A stretch of DNA of 64,000 bases from a virus (IMGVR_UViG_3300022700_000048:5647-69646), one strand, 5' to 3'; positions 20,593 through 30,378 are shown, numbered from the stretch's first letter. Program-made: numbers and translations. The notes: generated from the sequence alone by a model not told the origin.

Positions 20593-21507
20593 ATGAAACT
20601 ATTAATAGCATTACCGGAGCATAATTATTTTTTATGGCAAATGTTGGTTCAAATTAACAATTTGAAAAAATTTGGATATGATAAAGATACTATTTATGTT
20701 ATTGGTAGACAAGATATTAAGCGTAATGAAAATTTAGATAATATAATAAAACACACAAAAACAAATTGTAGTTTTTATACATATAATGATGATAGAAATG
20801 ATTATACATATTCATCTTCTTTAAGACCACATATTCTTCATAAATTATTTTTAGATTACCCCGAATTTAAAAATGAATCGTTTTTTTATATAGACCCTGA
20901 TGTTATTTTTACAAAAAAAATAAGATTTAATGATATTGAAAAAAATGATATATGGTATTTAAGTGATACACGTTCATATATTGGTTCATCATATATAAAA
21001 AGTAAAAGTAATGAATTATTTAATAAAATGTGTGATGTTGTTGGTATTGATCCTCAAATTGTTGAAGATAATGATAAAAATGCTGGTGGTGCACAATATT
21101 TTATGAAAAATTTAACACCATCTTTTTGGAAAAAAGTTGAAAACGATAGTATAAATTTATATAAATTAATGATTAATACACAAAATAAATACACTCCCGA
21201 AGCACCGATTCAGGCTTGGACTGCTGATATGTGGGCGGTATTATGGAATGCTTGGTTAATGAAATATGAAACAAAAATTGTAAAAAGACTAAATTTTTCA
21301 TGGGCAACCGATCCCATTTCAAAATGGGATAAGTGTAGCATTTATCATAATGCTGGTGCTGTTGGTGATAATAATTTTTTTAAAAAAACTGATTATCAAA
21401 AATCACCTTTTAATGAAAAATTAAAATGTTCATCAAAATATTGCTCATTTAATTATGTTAAAGAAATTAAAGAAACTAAAAAAAATTATAAAAATATTTT
21501 ATTCTAA
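20593..21507 (+). CDS. GT-A fold glycosyltransferase resembling peptidyl-Ser/Hyp O-glycosyltransferases
   Basis: Y....RP, FFYIDPDVIF (DxD), GGAQY, QAWTADMWAVLWN, IYHNAG; sits between tail genes. Confidence 0.7.
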   Translation: MKLLIALPEHNYFLWQMLVQINNLKKFGYDKDTIYVIGRQDIKRNENLDNIIKHTKTNCSFYTYNDDRNDYTYSSSLRPHILHKLFLDYPEFKNESFFYIDPDVIFTKKIRFNDIEKNDIWYLSDTRSYIGSSYIKSKSNELFNKMCDVVGIDPQIVEDNDKNAGGAQYFMKNLTPSFWKKVENDSINLYKLMINTQNKYTPEAPIQAWTADMWAVLWNAWLMKYETKIVKRLNFSWATDPISKWDKCSIYHNAGAVGDNNFFKKTDYQKSPFNEKLKCSSKYCSFNYVKEIKETKKNYKNILF

Positions 21508-23387
21508 TGTTTAATAATACAAGAAAATATCGTCTAAATGTTGAGGAAATTAAATCACATGGTATTAGTGCTAATACAAAAAATTATGAATATAATTTAT
21601 TAAATAGTTTTAATGTTAATAATACCACATATCCACAATTATCTACAGAAGAATTAGCAAATTTAAACATACCAAATTATTTAAGTCGTGTTTGCGATTA
21701 TTTAACGTATATAAATATTGAAAGGGAAGGATTAAGAGAAAAATTAATTAATAATGCATTAACACATACATCTGATTGTGAAATAAAATGTAAACTAAAT
21801 TCAGATTTTTTAGTTTATCGGTTTTTAACTGGTGTTAGAGTTGTTAACATTGGAGAATTTAATGGTACTGTTGAATACAAAGCATATCCAATTGAAGATG
21901 ATCCAAGTGGTTATACATGGCAAACAAGTGGAACATTTTTAAATTTAAATTTAAATAAAATTTATGTATTTGAAGTTAGAGATATTGTAGATAATGAAGA
22001 ATATTGTAAAGTTCAAAGAACAGTATCATTACCAACTTTAGTCCAAAGTACCACATTTACACCAGAAGAAAAATTAGTGTATCTTAATGAAGTTGCGTGT
22101 GGATCAAATAATCTTTATTATTATAATAATGGTACAATTAATATTGATCCGTCATTAACTAATGATGAGATTGTTTGTATTAATTATAAAGTATTTGCAG
22201 ATGCATATGGTGATGCTGAATCATGTGTACAATTATTTTGTAAACCTAATAATTGTAATACATTTTTAAATTATTCATGTCATACATCAGATGATGGTTT
22301 ACAATCAGGTAATTTTACATTACGAGACGGTGATCAGATGTGTTATAATTTAACTAATATAGTACCAACAGCAGGTTCTTGTGCATGTACATGTTTTGAA
22401 ATATATAATGTTGATGGTGGCGGTACAACAGCACCATCAATTGATGAAAGTCGTTCATGTGTTACTAGATGTGCTTCAATACCTAGAGAAGAAATTATTT
22501 TTAATTTAGATGAATCAATAATATACTCAAATGAGTGTTGTGAAAAGAAAATTGGTAATTTTAATTTTTCACCGTCAATTCCAGAAAATGAATGTTTAAG
22601 TCTTGAATTAAATGATTTAGCAAGAATTAGTCCATATCAGAATACTGCATCAGCATCAGTTATTGTTAAATGTAAATCACAAAGTGGGGTAAATTACGAT
22701 ACATTGTTTACAAATACATCTGGATTGCCCTCACCTACATCAAGAAGTATAGAAATTAAACATGGTGATTCATTATGTTATGAATTAATGGTTGAAGCAG
22801 TTAATGGTGTTACTGGAACATCATGTATAAATGTTTTCAATATACCAACACAATCAAATGGTATAAACACAAATATTGGACCATCTGGTAGTACATGTGT
22901 TGAAAAATATGTTGAACCATTAGCAGCAACTCTTTCTGTTTGTCAACAAAATGAAACATATGATGAAATAATAAACACTAAATTTGGTAATGGGTATATA
23001 AATATATCACCATCAATAACATTAAATCAATGCGTTAATATTAATTTTAGTGGAGAATTTTTAGTTTTTAGTGCAGATCAAAATATTAATAATTCTGGAA
23101 CAATTAATATCTTTTGTAAAAAAGCAATTGATAATAATTACTCTATTAAATGTACAATGGAAACAAATGGTTCTACTACTACATGTACTGGTAATATGTT
23201 TATTTGTTCTGGTGATAGTTTGTGTTATGCAATTTCAGCAAGAGCAGCTACATGTAGTACATCAGTATCAACTAATTTAAAATTAGATAGTGCTTCTGGA
23301 TTTAATGGAATTGATCCGTCAGTATCATCAACAAAAAATAATCATTGTATATCAGTATCATATAATGAAAATAATAACATTTTATAA
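21507..23387 (+). CDS. Cys-rich tail-associated protein with three internal repeats
   Basis: Three units with I.PS....C / CK / GD.LCY motifs. Confidence 0.7.
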   Translation: MFNNTRKYRLNVEEIKSHGISANTKNYEYNLLNSFNVNNTTYPQLSTEELANLNIPNYLSRVCDYLTYINIEREGLREKLINNALTHTSDCEIKCKLNSDFLVYRFLTGVRVVNIGEFNGTVEYKAYPIEDDPSGYTWQTSGTFLNLNLNKIYVFEVRDIVDNEEYCKVQRTVSLPTLVQSTTFTPEEKLVYLNEVACGSNNLYYYNNGTINIDPSLTNDEIVCINYKVFADAYGDAESCVQLFCKPNNCNTFLNYSCHTSDDGLQSGNFTLRDGDQMCYNLTNIVPTAGSCACTCFEIYNVDGGGTTAPSIDESRSCVTRCASIPREEIIFNLDESIIYSNECCEKKIGNFNFSPSIPENECLSLELNDLARISPYQNTASASVIVKCKSQSGVNYDTLFTNTSGLPSPTSRSIEIKHGDSLCYELMVEAVNGVTGTSCINVFNIPTQSNGINTNIGPSGSTCVEKYVEPLAATLSVCQQNETYDEIINTKFGNGYINISPSITLNQCVNINFSGEFLVFSADQNINNSGTINIFCKKAIDNNYSIKCTMETNGSTTTCTGNMFICSGDSLCYAISARAATCSTSVSTNLKLDSASGFNGIDPSVSSTKNNHCISVSYNENNNIL

Positions 23388-23400
23388 AATAATAAATTAT

Positions 23401-23410
23401 TGTATTTATA
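23401..23410 (+). promoter_or_regulatory. Putative late promoter TGTATTTATA
   Basis: Motif upstream of 23426. Confidence 0.7.
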
Positions 23411-23425
23411 ATAAAAGAAAAATAA

Positions 23426-25816
23426 ATGGCATTTATTGAAAAAAAAGACCCAACAGTTTTAAATATAAAATTAACATCTAAAGGTAGAGAACAATTATCT
23501 AAAGGTCAGTTAAATTTTAAATATTACGCTATTGGTGATAGTGAAATTGATTATGATTTTAATAGAAATGCGGAATTTAATCCATTTTATTCAAATATTT
23601 TAAGACCAAATGATAAAAATCCTAAACAACTTTCATTTATACCACGAAATTTATCTGGTGAGCCATATAATGAAATATCATCAGTACCATCAACACCGAG
23701 TACAATTGTAAATCAAGTACAACCAATAGGTTTTTTTAATGATAATGCTAATGAATTTTTAGTTGATAGTGATCATGTGAAACAACCTGATATTGCAATT
23801 GAAATTTCGGGAATAACAGGTGGAACAATATTAAAACTAAAAAAAGCACCAACATATCAAGCAAATCATAATGAACCCCAAGAAGGTGATTTATTGTTAG
23901 TAAAATGGACAAATCCTTTAAGCATTGATACAACTGGATATACAATTAATAAAAATTATCCAACACCTATATTATGGTATAAAATTCAGAATATTAGTGG
24001 TGGTACATTAGCAAATAACAATCTTATTGTTGAAGTTGATAGAGAATTACCAGATTTTAGTGAAATTACTGGTGGGAGTAATTCTATATTAGCTGGTGCA
24101 ATGGTGTATTATAATTTTATGAATTATACTGGTGAAACTAATTATTCTACTGATAATGTAGATGAAGCATTATTAACATTTTTACAAAATTGTGAATGTC
24201 CAACCACTGTATTCCCATTTTGGAATATGTCAATTCTTTATACTGAAGATATTGCGGGTGTTGATCCATTGAATGATGTAAATTATATTAATTATAATAC
24301 AAAAAATTTAGCTGGTTTTGTATTATATATACAAAATCAACAAAAGTATAATGATGATTACAATTATAAAAGAAAATTAGGTATTATACATTATACTAAT
24401 AATTCTGTTTCAAATACATATGGTGAGAGTTTTTATGGTGATCCATTAAATTCCCGTGAAGCAACAGAAGTACCAACACTAGACCTTCCAACAATTATGT
24501 GGCATAAATCAAGTGGTACAACATTAGGGTTAAAATTAAAAGCATCTGGTTCATTAAAATATTTAACAGGTGCAACCAGATTTTTAAATACAAGATATTA
24601 TGATTTAGCTGATCCAGTTGGAAATGTTGTAGGTAAGGTTTTTTATGATTTAAAAATATTCTTAATAGAAGATCAAGAATTATTATTTGCAATGTCATAT
24701 AAATCAAATAGATCATGGACTTTACCTGAACATGAAGTTGATATTAATGCTAATGTTACATTTGGGTGTCCAGCATGCTTCTTACAATATGATGTTACAA
24801 CAATACCACCAACATATATTAATGGTAATGATGGTCAAATTATCATATCGGATATTCTTAATTCATCACTTGATAGTGTACCAACAAGTCCAGTAATATT
24901 AGAAATATTAACTGGACCTACTGGTAATACTGGACAAACAAAAATATATTTTAGTGAAATTACAGGTGATACAATAATTACAAACAATAATACCATTAAT
25001 AATTATAATTTAAGTGCTGGTACATATACTGTTAAATTAATTGATACTGGTTTTGCTGATTGTATTGTTTCTACGGGAGTAACAATATCAGCTATAACAT
25101 CACAATTAACAATATATGCTGAACAAACAACATATTCAGCACTTAATTCATATTTTAATATTATGCCTGTAGATAATAACCCAACACATATTAGGTTTAA
25201 TAATGCATTAGTTGGTAATCCATTTGGAACAGCATATTTTACAATTACAGAAACTGGTGCAACTAATACATATTTAAATAGTTTATCTAATAGTACTGTT
25301 GGTAATGATGCGCTTGGTAATCCAAGTAATCCGGGTAAATGGGTTGAAATTCCAAGTGGCAGTACATTAAATGTTACTAATTTAACATTTACACAACCAT
25401 ATCAAATATTTGTTAGAGACGCTACTGGTGATACGTTTAATGATATAATGCAACAAGAAGCAATTGATTCACAAGTTTGGTCATATTATGTTGCAGCAGG
25501 AAACCCTTTATCAGAATCAAATGATATTAATGTTACAAAGGGTAGTGATTCAAATGGTGAATATGTAGTAATTTCAAATTATATAGATGCATCTATTGAT
25601 GGTTCAATTAACCCAATTATTGGTGATATTGAAATTAGTATACATAAAACTACAGAATTACCAAAACAATGGAATAGTACATCAAATGATGGTAGTTCAG
25701 TAAAACTATATATTAATGATTTATCAAGTGATAGTTATAATGTAACAATTAGAGAAAAATATGGATATATTACAATGTATAAAATAACAGCAAATAATAC
25801 ATTTACAATAATATAA
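23426..25816 (+). CDS. Tail/baseplate structural protein
   Basis: N-terminal KLTSKGREQLSKG..NFKYYAIGDSEIDY (tail-collar/baseplate-like LT..GR...A.GD); SprB-like NLSAGTYTVKLID. Confidence 0.7.
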   Translation: MAFIEKKDPTVLNIKLTSKGREQLSKGQLNFKYYAIGDSEIDYDFNRNAEFNPFYSNILRPNDKNPKQLSFIPRNLSGEPYNEISSVPSTPSTIVNQVQPIGFFNDNANEFLVDSDHVKQPDIAIEISGITGGTILKLKKAPTYQANHNEPQEGDLLLVKWTNPLSIDTTGYTINKNYPTPILWYKIQNISGGTLANNNLIVEVDRELPDFSEITGGSNSILAGAMVYYNFMNYTGETNYSTDNVDEALLTFLQNCECPTTVFPFWNMSILYTEDIAGVDPLNDVNYINYNTKNLAGFVLYIQNQQKYNDDYNYKRKLGIIHYTNNSVSNTYGESFYGDPLNSREATEVPTLDLPTIMWHKSSGTTLGLKLKASGSLKYLTGATRFLNTRYYDLADPVGNVVGKVFYDLKIFLIEDQELLFAMSYKSNRSWTLPEHEVDINANVTFGCPACFLQYDVTTIPPTYINGNDGQIIISDILNSSLDSVPTSPVILEILTGPTGNTGQTKIYFSEITGDTIITNNNTINNYNLSAGTYTVKLIDTGFADCIVSTGVTISAITSQLTIYAEQTTYSALNSYFNIMPVDNNPTHIRFNNALVGNPFGTAYFTITETGATNTYLNSLSNSTVGNDALGNPSNPGKWVEIPSGSTLNVTNLTFTQPYQIFVRDATGDTFNDIMQQEAIDSQVWSYYVAAGNPLSESNDINVTKGSDSNGEYVVISNYIDASIDGSINPIIGDIEISIHKTTELPKQWNSTSNDGSSVKLYINDLSSDSYNVTIREKYGYITMYKITANNTFTII

Positions 25817-25823
25817 AATATAT

Positions 25824-27086
25824 ATGTCAGATTTTAGATTTAAAATAAGCGGTGATTCTGGTCCATTTTTGGCAGAATTATATGATGCAATAACATGTAG
25901 TAAAATTACATCAAAAATAATTGAATATTCTGGTTTATCAACACCCGATAAAGAAAATTACACGTGTGTAATTTTTAATGGGTTATATGAAGAAACTAAT
26001 TATTATGCAAAAGTAATTGATAATATTGGTAATACTGCTCTTTCAATAACAGGACAAACCCCAACAAATCCAATTGTTATTCCAACTGAAATTAATATTA
26101 ATTTACTTGGAACATATTATGAACCACCACAAACACTTGAAACAATATGTACATTACGATCACCAAAATATATAGAGATCACACCAGCACCAATAGGTAA
26201 TCAATGTGTTACTGTTAATTTAAGTGCTGTTACTTGTTCTTCAAGTAGTTATAGTGACGCATATATTGAACTATATAAGAAATGTACTGAATCTGGTTCA
26301 TACACATCAATTTGTACAATAACAAATAATACAACGAATGTTGATCCAATACAAATTGGTGAGGGGGATGGTGTGTGTTATGACTTATATACTAAATTGG
26401 AAGATAATATTACTTCAGCCGATAAATATGCATGTGCTGAATTACAATTATTTAATACAACAGCATCAGGATATGGTTCATGTTATGAAATAAATACGAC
26501 AAATGATTGTTTAGACATATCACAATTTGAAGCAGGTACAACAACTACTACAACTACAACATTATCACCAACAGTTGTATATATTGATGATATTAATACT
26601 AATACAGTAACATTTGGTCAATTAAAATGTGGAAATATAAATACATATCCAGCTATTAATTCATCACAATCATTTAGAGTATGCTTTGAAATTATTAATA
26701 ATTATGTTATTAATGAAACATTACCTGATGATATAAATCAATGTGGACGTATATTAGAATCAAATAGTTTAATTGATGAATTGGGAACAAATGAAAAAGA
26801 TGTTGGTACTTGTACGTGTAGGATATCAACATATATTGATATTGATTCAAATAATATTATTAATAGTAATGTTAATGTTAATTCATTAGTTGGTGGTAGT
26901 AATAATAATTATGGTTGTAATTATTGTGAATATCAATGTATAAGAATTTGTCAAATAACTAATATGAATAATGGTAATTTTATTTATGGAACTAGTGGTT
27001 ATCCTTCAAGTATTTGTACATATTGGGACGGTAATTTACAGGGTTCATTAAATGGTGGTGGTGGATTATTAGAAAATAATATATAA
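25824..27086 (+). CDS. Cys-rich tail-associated protein with poly-Thr linker
   Basis: Shares I.PA....C...GDG.CY module with 21507 protein; GTTTTTTTTLSP. Confidence 0.7.
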   Translation: MSDFRFKISGDSGPFLAELYDAITCSKITSKIIEYSGLSTPDKENYTCVIFNGLYEETNYYAKVIDNIGNTALSITGQTPTNPIVIPTEININLLGTYYEPPQTLETICTLRSPKYIEITPAPIGNQCVTVNLSAVTCSSSSYSDAYIELYKKCTESGSYTSICTITNNTTNVDPIQIGEGDGVCYDLYTKLEDNITSADKYACAELQLFNTTASGYGSCYEINTTNDCLDISQFEAGTTTTTTTTLSPTVVYIDDINTNTVTFGQLKCGNINTYPAINSSQSFRVCFEIINNYVINETLPDDINQCGRILESNSLIDELGTNEKDVGTCTCRISTYIDIDSNNIINSNVNVNSLVGGSNNNYGCNYCEYQCIRICQITNMNNGNFIYGTSGYPSSICTYWDGNLQGSLNGGGGLLENNI

Positions 27087-27098
27087 AAATAAATATAT

Positions 27099-27818
27099 AT
27101 GTCAAATTTAATTAAATTTAATATTATTAATGGTGTTCCACCGTTTGAAGCAGAATTAATTGGTAGTTCATTACCAAAACAAATATTTAATAGTATAGGA
27201 CAACATTATTTTTATAATGTTTTAAATGGTTACTATACATTAAAAATTGTTGATGCAAATGGATGTATATATGAAAAGGAAATTATTGTTGATCCATCAA
27301 TAACAACAACTACAACAACATTAATACCTGAAGAATCAATTGTTGTTGGTCATGCACAAGACCCTTTACTTATTTTTAATCCTATTGCAACAAATAAAAA
27401 TGATGATTTCGTTGGTTATCCAGATTCTGATGTAGTAACATTATATTTATGGTTTAAAACATATAATGGAAAACCATTAACAAATAATGTAGCAATAAGT
27501 TATAATATTGGAACAACTGGTGGGACAACAGATTCAACATTTAAATTTAATTCGGTTAGTGATGAAATACATACTGAAGTTCAAGAAGATGTTACTGGAC
27601 CTAATGATTCTATTATTGGTAATATAATATTAAAAAAGGGATTTATTGAATCATATTTTGAATATATATATTATAGGGGGTCAACAAATAAAAGGTATCA
27701 AATTGAATTAAAATCAGGATTAGATAATTTTTATCCTAATAGTGAAACTAGTGATGATATTGGTACTGATTACGGTATTTCAATTATTGATACTAATGAA
27801 ATTATATTTAATTATTAA
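27099..27818 (+). CDS. Tail-associated protein with SprB-like N-terminal repeat and poly-Thr linker
   Basis: NGVPPF...NGYYTLKIVDANGC then PSITTTTTTLIP. Confidence 0.65.
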   Translation: MSNLIKFNIINGVPPFEAELIGSSLPKQIFNSIGQHYFYNVLNGYYTLKIVDANGCIYEKEIIVDPSITTTTTTLIPEESIVVGHAQDPLLIFNPIATNKNDDFVGYPDSDVVTLYLWFKTYNGKPLTNNVAISYNIGTTGGTTDSTFKFNSVSDEIHTEVQEDVTGPNDSIIGNIILKKGFIESYFEYIYYRGSTNKRYQIELKSGLDNFYPNSETSDDIGTDYGISIIDTNEIIFNY

Positions 27819-27825
27819 TTTAAAC

Positions 27826-27835
27826 AGTATTTATT
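27826..27835 (+). promoter_or_regulatory. Putative late promoter AGTATTTATT
   Basis: Motif only 3 nt before ATG 27839. Confidence 0.5.
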
Positions 27836-27838
27836 GAT

Positions 27839-28606
27839 ATGGCAAAAGGATATACAGCATTTATGACATATATGTTAATACCTGAAACTGGTACAACAAG
27901 TGGTATTACACAGGGATATGGTTACAGTCAAGCAATTCATTGTAATTATGAAAAGAATGTTTATTTTGAAGATTTAACAAACAAAGAATTTAATATATAT
28001 TTTGAAAATCCAGATGAATTTAAATTTTTATCAACAAGTGGTGGTACCGGATTTACAGCACATAAGTTAGTTGTGTTGGCACAATTAATAGATAATGAAC
28101 CATATAATTCATTAAATGATGTAAAGCCATTTCCAAATGAATGGAGATGGTTTGATGTTACTGAACAAATAATAGATTATAAATCAGGTCAAACATTAAC
28201 TGCATCAGGTGTTTGTAGTACTGTCTTTAGAGTACCAATACATAAATATTATATTGCTGATAAGTATGATCTTAGTTATTTAAATTATCCTCAAGTTTCA
28301 ACAGGTAGTACAGCATCAACTGTTAATTATTTAAATTTTGGTGATGAAACATATTTTATGGGAAATGTAACAACAAGTATAGAAGCAATTGCATATACAA
28401 TGGATTTAGGTATTAATTTACCACTTAATCAATTTAATTCTACTGGTAACCCTACATGGAATTCAAATTTAGATAAACAAGTTTTTATTTCAGAAATTGG
28501 GTTATATGATGAAAATAAAAATCTTGTTGGAATTGCAAAATTAAATAATCCCATACCTAAAGATGACACTATATCAAGAACAATTGTTTTTGCTATGGAT
28601 TTTTAA
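27839..28606 (+). CDS. Tail/baseplate structural protein
   Basis: C-terminal VFISEIGLYDENKNLVGIAKLNNPIPK...DF, typical of tail-collar/baseplate proteins. Confidence 0.7.
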   Translation: MAKGYTAFMTYMLIPETGTTSGITQGYGYSQAIHCNYEKNVYFEDLTNKEFNIYFENPDEFKFLSTSGGTGFTAHKLVVLAQLIDNEPYNSLNDVKPFPNEWRWFDVTEQIIDYKSGQTLTASGVCSTVFRVPIHKYYIADKYDLSYLNYPQVSTGSTASTVNYLNFGDETYFMGNVTTSIEAIAYTMDLGINLPLNQFNSTGNPTWNSNLDKQVFISEIGLYDENKNLVGIAKLNNPIPKDDTISRTIVFAMDF

Positions 28607-28616
28607 AGATAAAACA

Positions 28617-29159
28617 ATGAAAAATAATAAAATAATCATATTTATAATAATTTTTTTATTAATAATTTCTATAATATTAATAAGAAAATGTGATAAAAAA
28701 TCGGTAAATACTTATGATTTCCCTAACACAATAAATGTTATTAATTATACAGATAATATTCGTGCCGATACTATAACAATGATTATTACACATATGATCA
28801 TGAATTATGATACAATTAATATTGATATTTATCATTTTATTAATGATTTAAATATTAATAATTATTCAATCATTGGTTTTATACAAAAAATAGATAAGCC
28901 ACATACATATCAGATTTTTTTGGATAATGTAAGTCAAAGTAAGTTAATTACTGTTTTATCACACGAATTAATACATTTAGATCAAATGGAAAAGGGTGAT
29001 TTAATATATGATTTGGGTAATACTGAATATGTAATATATAAAAATGATACTATATTTTTTAATGAAACCCCCTATAAAAAAAGACCACATGAAATTGACG
29101 CATATTCAAGACAAAAAAATATTGAACAACAATTACGTAATCTTTTATATAAAAAATAA
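28617..29159 (+). CDS. Membrane-anchored Zn metallopeptidase
   Basis: N-terminal TM helix; SHELIHLDQ (HExxH) plus PHEIDA third-ligand motif; ATG 28617 preferred over 28563. Confidence 0.75.
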   Translation: MKNNKIIIFIIIFLLIISIILIRKCDKKSVNTYDFPNTINVINYTDNIRADTITMIITHMIMNYDTINIDIYHFINDLNINNYSIIGFIQKIDKPHTYQIFLDNVSQSKLITVLSHELIHLDQMEKGDLIYDLGNTEYVIYKNDTIFFNETPYKKRPHEIDAYSRQKNIEQQLRNLLYKK

Positions 29160-29191
29160 ATCATAAAATTTTATATTTTTTTATAATACGA

Positions 29192-29201
29192 AGTATTTAT
29201 A
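29192..29201 (+). promoter_or_regulatory. Putative late promoter AGTATTTATA
   Basis: Motif upstream of 29241. Confidence 0.65.
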
Positions 29202-29240
29202 TGAAAAATTGATAATTAAATAATTAATTTATTAATAAAA

Positions 29241-29432
29241 ATGGAAAGAAAATCTAATAATACAAAACCTAAATCAATTATAATTGATGGGAAATTACAT
29301 TCTGATTTTAAATTATTATGTAAAGGAAAAAATTTAAAAATAGGTGCTGTTATTGAAGACCTTATTCGACTTTTTATAAAAAACCCAAGAGAAGTACAAT
29401 CAATGATTGAAAATAATAAGGAAAATAAATAA
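29241..29432 (+). CDS. Ribbon-helix-helix-like DNA-binding protein
   Basis: KSIIIDGKLHSDFKLLCK....KIGAVIEDLIRLFI has the strand-helix-helix pattern. Confidence 0.65.
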   Translation: MERKSNNTKPKSIIIDGKLHSDFKLLCKGKNLKIGAVIEDLIRLFIKNPREVQSMIENNKENK

Positions 29433-29450
29433 AATTATAATATAAATAAT

Positions 29451-30062
29451 ATGGAAAATTATATATTATCTTTAGATATTTCAACAACTAATGTAGGATT
29501 AGCTTTATGGGATGAAAAGGGTAAATTAATTGAATTAAAACATTTAAGTTTAAAAACCGATAAAAAAATACCAATAGATCATAGAGATTTATATAAAGCT
29601 GAGTTATTTAGAAATTATTGTGAAGAATATAAAAATTATGTAAAAAGGGAGTTAAACGGAAAAATATCTAATTTATTTGTTGAAGCACCTTTACAACACA
29701 CACCAAAAAATGTTAATACAACTGCTTTATTATTGGGTTTTAATGGTATGGCAAGATATGTATTAATGCAAGTTTTTGAATATAAACCAGAAAAAATTAC
29801 AGTACATGAAGCTAGAAAATTATTTTGTCCTGAATTAGTACATCAGAAGAAAAGAAAGGGTGAATTAGTTGAGGTTTTATCATTTCCAACTGAATACAAA
29901 AAAAGAAAAAAACATTATATTTGGGAAAAGGTATATAAATTAGAACCACAAATTGAATGGTTTTATAATAGAAATAATAAACTTAAAGATATTAATTATG
30001 ATATGAGTGATAGTTATGCTGTTGGTATTGGTGGGCTAAAAAAAATGGGAATTATTAAATAA
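29451..30062 (+). CDS. RuvC-like Holliday junction resolvase
   Basis: ILSLDISTTNVG, FVEAP, DMSDSYAVG acidic catalytic set. Confidence 0.85.
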   Translation: MENYILSLDISTTNVGLALWDEKGKLIELKHLSLKTDKKIPIDHRDLYKAELFRNYCEEYKNYVKRELNGKISNLFVEAPLQHTPKNVNTTALLLGFNGMARYVLMQVFEYKPEKITVHEARKLFCPELVHQKKRKGELVEVLSFPTEYKKRKKHYIWEKVYKLEPQIEWFYNRNNKLKDINYDMSDSYAVGIGGLKKMGIIK

Positions 30063-30064
30063 AA

Positions 30065-30373
30065 ATGAAATATGTATATTTAATACAATCATTAGAAAAC
30101 GGTTATTATAAAATAGGTGTTTCAAAAGACCCACAAAAAAGATTACTACAATTACAAACTGGAAATTCATCTAAATTAAAATTAATAGAATATTATCCTT
30201 CAGAATACGCAAATAAAATAGAAAAAAGCATTCATAATTTTTTATCACATTTAAAAAAGGAAGGTGAATGGTTTAATATATCATTATTAGAAGCACTTTC
30301 TTTTACTGAAAAATGTAAACAAATTGAAGAAAATATTAATATTTTAAATAAATGTAATAATGTATTTATTTAA
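30065..30373 (+). CDS. GIY-YIG (T5orf172/MUG113-type) nuclease domain protein
   Basis: YVYLIQ....YYKIGVSKDPQKRLLQLQTGN...E...H......GEWF. Confidence 0.85.
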   Translation: MKYVYLIQSLENGYYKIGVSKDPQKRLLQLQTGNSSKLKLIEYYPSEYANKIEKSIHNFLSHLKKEGEWFNISLLEALSFTEKCKQIEENINILNKCNNVFI

Positions 30374-30378
30374 AATAC

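Noticed and set aside
28563-28616. Longer start of the metallopeptidase ORF
   Set aside because: It overlaps the upstream structural gene; ATG 28617 gives a clean N-terminal membrane anchor.
30361-30370. TGTATTTATT late-like motif at the end of the GIY-YIG gene (and TGTATTTATA at 15751 inside an ORF)
   Set aside because: Both lie in coding sequence, where chance matches are likely at this AT content; not counted as promoters.
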